From an uncultured Gammaproteobacteria bacterium (GTDB lineage Bacteria > Patescibacteriota > Microgenomatia > Levybacterales > UBA12049), in contig OZ246394.1 of assembly GCA_965230895.1 (NCBI GenBank), positions 441,316 to 505,315 on the forward strand: 64,000 nucleotides of DNA, read 5' to 3'. Shown here piece by piece: positions 57,237-64,000 of this stretch. The notes beneath the pieces were generated by a model. That model had not been told where the DNA came from, made no database searches, and saw only the letters and a program-made list of their open reading frames with translations. Each line of letters opens with the position of its first letter. Within the stretch, counting starts at the first letter, position 1. Both the position numbers and the translations under genes were made by a program.

Positions 57237-58571
57237 TTATTTACCTTTAAACTTCTGTGCAGCAATAAGAGGTAATGCCAATGCAGATAATGCAGCATCC
57301 AATCCAATTTTTTTAGACAAACGCAACTGCTTCTGATACTTCTCATATGATATATGATACTCATCATCTCCGTGAGCAATTAAAACATATAATGGCGGCT
57401 GCCAATATTTAGGGAAAAGCATATGAAGAAGCGTATCTGCTTTATCTTTCAAAACAAAAAACGGTGAACGACTTTTATCGCGCAATTCAATAAAGTTCTC
57501 TTTCGCTAAATCTGCCATAAGATCTGTATTTCTTTTTCGATTTTCTTGATACAACGGAAATACTTTTGGTAAATCTCCATCATATTTGTCATACAACTCA
57601 CTAAATTTCAAACAATCATCAAATGCGGCACACATCCCCTGTCCGTAAAATGGAATGAACGCATGTGCAGCATCTCCAATAAGCATCATGAAGTCTCTAT
57701 CATGCCATGTCGGATTGTGTAATGTGACAAACGTTCCGGTTTTCCTTATGAGGAATGATTCTGTAATTTCAGAAACTAATGGCAAAAGATCAGGAAAATC
57801 TGATTTGATAAACGCTTCAATCTTCTCGGGTGTATTTAATTGTGCAAAACTTTTCTCTCCTTCCAATTGAAGATTAAACATCAAGGTGAAAGAATCATCA
57901 GGGTTTGGGAAGGCAATCAACAATGAATCAGGACGCGGCCAAGTATGTGTTGCTCGCAAACGAAGTTTCATGTCTTCTGTTAATTTCGGTGATATATGAA
58001 CTTCCTTATATCCCCAATCTTCAAACTCTTTTTTGCCATGATCTTTTTTATCAGATGCGACAAAAGATCGGATGACAGAATTAACACCATCTGCACCGAT
58101 AACTAAATCAGTTTTTAAAGCAATCTCTTTACCTTTGTCTTTTTGAATGGTGATTTCTTTTTTCTTTTTATCAACCCCAATGCATTTTGTATTAAAGTGG
58201 AATGTTATTTCAGGATATTTATCTGCTGCTGTAATAAGTGCGCCATTTAATCTATTTCTATGAACTGTATAGAGAATTTCGTTTCCTTTTGCATCAAAAG
58301 AATCATAGACGTTTTTTGTTTCGTAATGAGCAACATTTCCCTCTGCAATGATCGCAACTTTTTTTGCTTCATCCCAAATACCAATTTTCTTCATTGCTTC
58401 TATGCCACGATAATATAATGTCAAATTAAAAGAACGACCTGAATCATAATTCTCCTCTCTGACGTCAGGACGATATTCATAGACATCAACATCATAATTT
58501 CTCTTTGCAAGACAGATTGCCATAAAGCATCCCGCCATACCAGCACCGATGATTGAAACTCTTTTCTTCAT
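57237..58571 (-). CDS. FAD-dependent monooxygenase (kynurenine-3-monooxygenase-like)
   Basis: N-terminal VSIIGAGMAGCFMAICLAKRNYDVDVYE; C-terminal GDAAHAFIPFYGQGMCAAFDDC. Confidence 0.7.
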   Translation of the reverse strand: MKKRVSIIGAGMAGCFMAICLAKRNYDVDVYEYRPDVREENYDSGRSFNLTLYYRGIEAMKKIGIWDEAKKVAIIAEGNVAHYETKNVYDSFDAKGNEILYTVHRNRLNGALITAADKYPEITFHFNTKCIGVDKKKKEITIQKDKGKEIALKTDLVIGADGVNSVIRSFVASDKKDHGKKEFEDWGYKEVHISPKLTEDMKLRLRATHTWPRPDSLLIAFPNPDDSFTLMFNLQLEGEKSFAQLNTPEKIEAFIKSDFPDLLPLVSEITESFLIRKTGTFVTLHNPTWHDRDFMMLIGDAAHAFIPFYGQGMCAAFDDCLKFSELYDKYDGDLPKVFPLYQENRKRNTDLMADLAKENFIELRDKSRSPFFVLKDKADTLLHMLFPKYWQPPLYVLIAHGDDEYHISYEKYQKQLRLSKKIGLDAALSALALPLIAAQKFKGK

Positions 58572-58942
58572 AAAGCTATTTTACCATTAAATTAACCTAA
58601 ACAGATTAGTAAAAATGATTAACTTTCTATTTAGATTGATTTGATAACATAATTACCTCAACAAGACATTTTTAGCCACGGCTGTGCTTGAAATTTTTGC
58701 GAAAAGGGTGTAGTATCTTGTATAGATACGAGACGAAATTATCATCCGAAAAGATGATAAAGGTGGGAACTGAGCCGAGAGATTTGGAAAGAGTATATTA
58801 CCCAACACTCCACAAAAGCCCCACTGCCCAAAACTCAAGAAAATAAACAATTATCGTTGCGGACTTGTTCCGGAATCTTCTAGACCAAAAGATTCTCAAC
58901 AAATTCATAATGACTATCCCACAAAGAAAGGGGGTGAAGACT

Positions 58943-59473
58943 ATGACAAATAATGGAATTGTAAATATACATGGAAAAGAATACATGACGGTTGCACGTC
59001 GAGTTGAATTAGCACAGGAGAACCGAGCTTTAGAAGGAGTAGAAACTGAAGTACTAAACCACAACCCTGTTGTTGTGAAAGCAAAAGTCACTCTCAAAGG
59101 TGAAGTCTACACTGGAATTAGTTCAGTGAGTCTTGAAACAACTCGAGAAATCGAAAAGCAAAACCCATACGAAGTTGCAGAAACTTCAGCTGTTGGAAGA
59201 GCATTGGGATTTGCAGGATACGGTTTGATTGAAAGTATCGCATCAGCGGATGAAATGGTACGAGCAACGTTTGGCAAACCACAGAATACCGTCAAACAAC
59301 TTCCACAAAAACTTTCCGATACACGTGTTGACTCTGAGAAGGACACTGTTACTTGCGAAGTTTGTGGCGAACCGGCAACAGAACGCAAAGGAACAACAAG
59401 AAATGGCAAACAATATCATGGCATTTTTTGCTCCACAGAGAACAGAAGTCACACACGATGGCTCTGGAATTAA
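58943..59473 (+). CDS. Hypothetical protein with C-terminal zinc ribbon
   Basis: RBS AAGGGGGTGAAG; CEVCGEPATERKGTTRNGKQYHGIFC; 176 aa. Confidence 0.4.
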   Translation: MTNNGIVNIHGKEYMTVARRVELAQENRALEGVETEVLNHNPVVVKAKVTLKGEVYTGISSVSLETTREIEKQNPYEVAETSAVGRALGFAGYGLIESIASADEMVRATFGKPQNTVKQLPQKLSDTRVDSEKDTVTCEVCGEPATERKGTTRNGKQYHGIFCSTENRSHTRWLWN

Positions 59474-59544
59474 GAAGCGGGGGAAGGTAAGCATATGGGC
59501 AGATATATGTAATCTTCCCCTTCTTTAGAGAATCTTCAACAACT

Positions 59545-60849
59545 ATGACACAACAAGAAGCATTAGATGTACTGAAAACTGGAAACAATGTTTTCTTAAC
59601 TGGATCTGCGGGTTCAGGAAAAACATATGTCATTAATAGGTACATAGATTATTTAAAAGTACAAAATAAAAAAGTGGGCATTACTGCATCGACAGGTGTC
59701 GCAGCTACCCATATTAATGGAATTACACTCCATGCTTGGGCAGGGATTGGCGCACGTACAGAGATTAATGACATTGTCATTAATGATTTACTGCAAAGAA
59801 AATATTTACGTGATCGATTCTCAAAAACGGATGTACTTATCATTGATGAAGTCTCTATGTTATCTGCTCAAACGTTTGGCGCAGTTGATACCATTTTGCA
59901 AGCATTTCGTGACAACGACGAACCGTTTGGTGGAATGCAAGTTGTTTTGTGCGGAGACTTCTTTCAGCTTCCTCCGATTGAGAAAACACTCCATTTAAAC
60001 TCCAGTTCTTCATCATATGTCTACCGCGCACCTGTATGGAAATTATTAGATATTAAAGTTTGTTACCTTGATAAGATTTATCGACAAGTAGATGACACGT
60101 TCCTCAACATTCTTAATCAAATTCGTCAGAATAATATTACCAAAGATGTTTGGGATACACTCAAGCATCGTTTCTTCCACTCATTTTATGATGGTGTTTC
60201 TCCTACCCGACTTTATACACATAATGCTCAGGCAGATAAAGTGAATAATCAGGAATTAGCAAAATTGGATGGCATCCCAAAAACATATCATATGAAATCC
60301 CGTGGCAATGACATCCTTGCAAATATTATGAAGAAAAATTGCTTGGCACCTGAACAACTGATATTGAAAAAGCAAGCGCTCGTCATGTTTGTAAAAAATA
60401 ATTATGAAGAAGGTTATGCCAATGGCACAATGGGACGCGTCATCGATTTTACTGAGAAAGAGGGATACCCAATCGTACGAATGTTCAATAAAAAAGAGCT
60501 TATTGTTCGTCCGTCAGAGTGGACGATAGAAGAAGAAGGCGAATCGAAAGCAACAATTCAGCAAATTCCTTTACGACTTGCTTGGGCAATCACGATCCAT
60601 AAAAGCCAGGGTATGACATTGGACGCTGCAGAAATTGATCTAGGAAAGTCTTTTGTTACGGGTATGGGGTACGTCGCACTTTCACGAGTGAAAAGTCTTA
60701 ATGGTATACGACTACGTAGTTTAAATCGTACAGCACTTACCGTGAGCGATGAAATTATTAAAGTTGATAAAAGGCTCCAGCAAATGTCTGCAGAAGTTGT
60801 CCAGGAGCTCCATAACAGTTCATACTACAAGATAAATAAAGAAAACTAG
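59545..60849 (+). CDS. PIF1/RecD-like SF1B DNA helicase
   Basis: Walker A TGSAGSGKTYVI; Walker B LIIDEVSML; motif HKSQGMTLD; 434 aa. Confidence 0.8.
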   Translation: MTQQEALDVLKTGNNVFLTGSAGSGKTYVINRYIDYLKVQNKKVGITASTGVAATHINGITLHAWAGIGARTEINDIVINDLLQRKYLRDRFSKTDVLIIDEVSMLSAQTFGAVDTILQAFRDNDEPFGGMQVVLCGDFFQLPPIEKTLHLNSSSSSYVYRAPVWKLLDIKVCYLDKIYRQVDDTFLNILNQIRQNNITKDVWDTLKHRFFHSFYDGVSPTRLYTHNAQADKVNNQELAKLDGIPKTYHMKSRGNDILANIMKKNCLAPEQLILKKQALVMFVKNNYEEGYANGTMGRVIDFTEKEGYPIVRMFNKKELIVRPSEWTIEEEGESKATIQQIPLRLAWAITIHKSQGMTLDAAEIDLGKSFVTGMGYVALSRVKSLNGIRLRSLNRTALTVSDEIIKVDKRLQQMSAEVVQELHNSSYYKINKEN

Positions 60850-60897
60850 CTCAACAATTCTTATACAATTGTTACAAGAATTTTCTATAATAAACGT

Positions 60898-61572
60898 ATG
60901 TTTCCACTTTCCGATTCTATAAAAGCAACAAGGTTTCCATTTTTAAACTATTTAATTGTCGGGATTACAATCTATGTTTTTATCAAACAACTCATTGCAC
61001 CAGATCCGGAAGCGTTTATCATGAAATATGCATTGGTTCCAACGGATGTTAATTTCAATGATTACAGAACGTTACTTCCTTTTGTTACTTCAATTTTTCT
61101 TCATGGAGGAATTTTGCACATCCTTTCAAATATGTGGTTTCTTATAGTCTTTGGCGATAATATTAATGCAAGACTCTCCCCAATCGGATTTTTACTACTT
61201 TATCTTACGGCAGGAGTTGCAGGTGGTCTTGCGCAATATGCGTTTACCACTACAGAATCAATTCCAATGCTGGGAGCATCAGGTGCAGTTGCCGGAATAC
61301 TTGGATGTTATGCTGTCCTTTTCCCGCATGCGAAAATTAAGACATTAATCTTCGTAGTCTTCTTTATAACAGTTGTCGAGATCAGCGCATTACTCATGTT
61401 GGGATACTGGTTCGCGTTACAATTATTTTCTGGTGTTGGTACATTTTCTGAATTGGGTTCAGGTGAAGGCGGAGTTGCATATCTAGCGCATATTGCTGGA
61501 TTTATCGTAGGACTTATCTGGGGATTTGCAAATAAAAACCGTGGAGAGGAGGCAGGTATAACACATGAATGA
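60898..61572 (+). CDS. Rhomboid-family intramembrane serine protease
   Basis: GASGAVAGILG catalytic Ser in TM4; AHIAGFIVGL catalytic His in TM6. Confidence 0.8.
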   Translation: MFPLSDSIKATRFPFLNYLIVGITIYVFIKQLIAPDPEAFIMKYALVPTDVNFNDYRTLLPFVTSIFLHGGILHILSNMWFLIVFGDNINARLSPIGFLLLYLTAGVAGGLAQYAFTTTESIPMLGASGAVAGILGCYAVLFPHAKIKTLIFVVFFITVVEISALLMLGYWFALQLFSGVGTFSELGSGEGGVAYLAHIAGFIVGLIWGFANKNRGEEAGITHE

Positions 61573-61783
61573 AAGCATGGGTAAAATGCTCATTGTCATT
61601 GGCATCGTTATTATAATAGTAGGAATACTTTTTGTCGCACTTCCAAAGCTAACCTCGCTGCCAAAACTCCCAGGTGATATTTATATCAAAAAAGATAATT
61701 TCACTTTTTACTTTCCCTGGGTTTCTTCCCTTCTAATTAGTGGTATTTTATCGTTAATCTTCTATCTCTTTTTTAGAAAATAA
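61565..61783 (+). CDS. DUF2905-like small membrane protein
   Basis: MLIVIGIVIIIVGILFVALPKL...LPGDIYIKKDNFTFYFP. Confidence 0.5.
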   Translation: MNESMGKMLIVIGIVIIIVGILFVALPKLTSLPKLPGDIYIKKDNFTFYFPWVSSLLISGILSLIFYLFFRK

Positions 61784-61830
61784 TGTAAGAATTAGCCACA
61801 AAACTTGCACACTCTAACAGAATTAGTATA

Positions 61831-62664
61831 ATGGGTAAGTTTATGGCACAACCTGAACGTGGTCACCCACAAGACCATGAACCCACATCTCCAAGAAAAC
61901 CTGTTGTCGTGTATGATAGGTTAACAGTTGTTAATTCACATACTTCTCCTGAAGACATACGTCTTGGGCTAGCTCGAACTGCCGTGGGAGAAGGTTATGT
62001 ACCGTACTACCACAAGTATATACGCACAATTAAAGCGAAAGAAGCAAGAGGACAAACTATTAATAAACAACTATTGGGGAAATACGCAGATGAGGCATCC
62101 CAACTTATGTACGATGATTCGTACGGACGAAGTGGACGATCCGAAACAATTTGCGTATTTGACGAAAATCGCCGGCTTGGAACGGTCCTGGCAGCTACAG
62201 GAAGACTTGTTCTGGGGGAAGAATATCCTACAGAAGTAATGAGACCCCTTGAATTGATGGAATTGGTAAATCCCGAGGGAGGCTGGGATGCAATCTTGGG
62301 AAATAAATCCTTAGATAGAGTTGTCGAACTTGGGAGAATTGTTGTAGTCAATGAATATCGTGGCACTATCGAAAAGAATGGTAAAGCGGTCAATCAGACT
62401 TCAGAAATCGCCCACCATCTTATTGATAGTCCAAATGGAGTTGTCGAAGTAGCACAAGATCACGATAGAGAGATAGTGCTTATGGTGGCACAACAGAAAT
62501 TTGCTAAACACGCGAAAGGGACACAACTTGACTTTGGTGAAGGTGTACCGATACAATTGCTCCCAGCTGCGAGAGTGGTAAAAAAGGTTTTTCCGGGATA
62601 TTGGAAGGACCAGCAAGACCCTCCAATGCTCTATGCAGCGCAAGTCCCGCCCAAAGCCGCTTAA
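61831..62664 (+). CDS. Hypothetical protein, GC-elevated; partner of the E1-like gene
   Basis: 277 aa; no TM; single Cys (ETICVFDEN); no confident family. Confidence 0.3.
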   Translation: MGKFMAQPERGHPQDHEPTSPRKPVVVYDRLTVVNSHTSPEDIRLGLARTAVGEGYVPYYHKYIRTIKAKEARGQTINKQLLGKYADEASQLMYDDSYGRSGRSETICVFDENRRLGTVLAATGRLVLGEEYPTEVMRPLELMELVNPEGGWDAILGNKSLDRVVELGRIVVVNEYRGTIEKNGKAVNQTSEIAHHLIDSPNGVVEVAQDHDREIVLMVAQQKFAKHAKGTQLDFGEGVPIQLLPAARVVKKVFPGYWKDQQDPPMLYAAQVPPKAA

Positions 62665-63878
62665 TTATGGAAAGAATAATACCAGGAGGTCACTCTGAAA
62701 GATATAAAAGAATACGTACAGAAGTAAACCGTCCTACACTAGAAACGATGAGACCAATTATTTATCCTGCTGGTACTGGAGAGAGTTGGCATGCATTTAA
62801 TGAATCTCTGCGGACTTTCCCAGAAAGAGCACATCAAATTCCTTGGAGATCAGGTGATCCAGAAGAAATACGAATAGAAGCAATGCAACGAGGAGTCCTC
62901 ATCGATAAATTCCCGGCTATGTTGGGAGATGTTGCAAAACGAAAATGGAGTAATCGCTATAACCCTGATTTTTTTGCAGACAATCCAGATATAATACCTC
63001 GCTATATAAATCTGTTTGATAGACCTCAATTTCAGACTGGGTTCGAATTTCCTTGGACAACACAAGGAGCATTTGTTATCGGAGGCGATGAAAAAACAAC
63101 AAGAGAAACAATATATTCAGGGACTGTGGATGAAGATCCTAGACTTATCACTCCAGAAGACTTTGATGCTTTTGGAAAATTAAAAGTAGGAATTTTGGGA
63201 GGCGGTGTAGGATCATCAGTTGGAGATGCATTAATTGAATTAGGAGTTAGAGATATAAAAATGATTGATGGCGGAGATGTTTTACTTCATGATTTTAGAA
63301 GTCAACCAAATGCAGGTTTTCCAAGATTCGGAATGAATCATGCAGAGCATTGGGGCTTACGAGCATATGAGATGTATCCTTATGGAAATTTTGAATATAT
63401 TAAACAAAACTTAGGAGATGGTACAAAAGGAACATACTCAAGAGCTGCATTCATCGAAGATAGAGACATTCTATTTGAAGTCGTCGATAATTTGCCTGAA
63501 AAGTTACGTAGTCGAGAAGCCGCACGAGATAGAGGTATTCCAGTATTTATGCCCACAGATTTATTAATGGGTGCAGATATGATGTATCAACCAGGGCAAT
63601 CTGATGCAGAAATTTTTCCAAATTTAAGTGAAGAAAGCCGCAGAAAAGCGTTATCAGGAAAACCAATGGGATTTGTTGAAATATCAGACATTGCGAACGA
63701 ATTAGTTGGTCCAAACGCGGACTATTGGAGTGCTGGGGCAAGAAGAGGTCGAGGTAACTGGTCACAAAACGGTGCTCAAGCAGCAACTTCGAAAGCCGCC
63801 GTAGCACAAACACTTAGAAGGTATGTCAGAGGTAAGGAAATACCTCATAGGAAAGGTTTTCTATTAGAAGATTATTAA
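62665..63878 (+). CDS. E1/ThiF-like adenylyltransferase-domain protein with ~170-aa N-terminal extension
   Basis: Rossmann GILGGGVGSSVGDALIELGVRDIKMIDGGDV (GxGxxG ... D.D); ATG directly after the upstream stop. Confidence 0.45.
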
Positions 63879-64000
63879 GTAGTTTTATCGTAATACTTGC
63901 ATTTTTTGCTAAAAATGAGTAAGCTCTGCATACAATGACATTGGCAGTAATTTTGCTGACAGCATTTACAAACATACTGCTCGGAATAATAAGCTATAAG

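Noticed and set aside
1-64000. Searched for rRNA, tmRNA, RNase P RNA, SRP RNA, CRISPR arrays, transposase/IS inverted repeats, reverse transcriptase (YxDD) and alternative genetic code usage
   Set aside because: No convincing signatures found. Long ORFs are uninterrupted under the standard code, and the only T-loop-like GTTCGA motifs belong to the four tRNAs.

Overview
AT-rich (~35% GC) bacterial chromosome segment with standard-code ORFs and many short intergenic regions. It is gene-dense with small membrane and surface proteins. The gene content suggests a small-genome, Gram-positive-like or Patescibacteria-like organism: sortase with an LAPTG substrate, many glycosyltransferases, queuine salvage (tgt plus YhhQ) rather than synthesis, and GIY-YIG genes. 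This is inference only. From left to right the window contains: (1) two tandem GT-C membrane glycosyltransferases and a DUF559 endonuclease-like gene bracketed by ~36-bp palindrome-containing direct repeats; (2) a sortase/LAPTG-substrate pair with a clear sigma70-like promoter; (3) a ~12-kb surface-glycan/protein-glycosylation cluster (Wzx-like flippase, five GT4, four GT2 including a polyprenol-phosphate sugar synthase-like one, and a 746-aa polytopic membrane protein), with a GH clan-A hydrolase just upstream; (4) a repeat-containing secreted protein, an EEP nuclease/phosphatase, a D-Ala-D-Ala carboxypeptidase and a NUDIX hydrolase; (5) tRNA-Leu(UAA), tRNA-Pro(UGG), tRNA-Gly(UCC) and tRNA-Arg(UCU), two of them immediately followed by small GIY-YIG (UPF0213) genes; (6) a tgt/YhhQ queuine-salvage pair; (7) a ~4-kb integrated element at tRNA-Arg (large serine recombinase overlapping the tRNA 3' end, a replication-organiser-like protein, a zinc-ribbon protein, an HTH protein, and a 540-bp structured noncoding stretch); (8) a csoR-DUF305-copA copper module with a CsoR-type operator palindrome; (9) a LexA-like S24 repressor divergent from a three-gene operon encoding a SMODS/CD-NTase-like nucleotidyltransferase, a 2TM SLATT-like protein and a small GcrA-like HTH protein, i.e. 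a minimal CBASS-like signalling module (top candidate for an unusual system); (10) a ~3.8-kb island flanked by 31-bp direct repeats carrying a GT4, a translationally coupled internally duplicated His/Cys-rich protein of unknown function, a histidine phosphatase and a metallophosphoesterase; (11) redox/housekeeping genes (SodC, HxlR plus quinone oxidoreductase, FMN-binding protein, beta-CASP RNase, VIT transporter, 2-hydroxyacid dehydrogenase); (12) a PP-loop-like 413-aa protein coupled to an ICMT-family methyltransferase next to a KMO-like monooxygenase; (13) a Zn-ribbon protein plus PIF1-like helicase pair; (14) at the right edge, a GC-elevated (~45% vs ~33% in the flanking genes, by eye) two-gene module ending in an E1/ThiF-like protein, cut short by the window end. 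No CRISPR array, rRNA, tmRNA or transposase was seen. All family calls come from motif reading by eye; no database search was possible.
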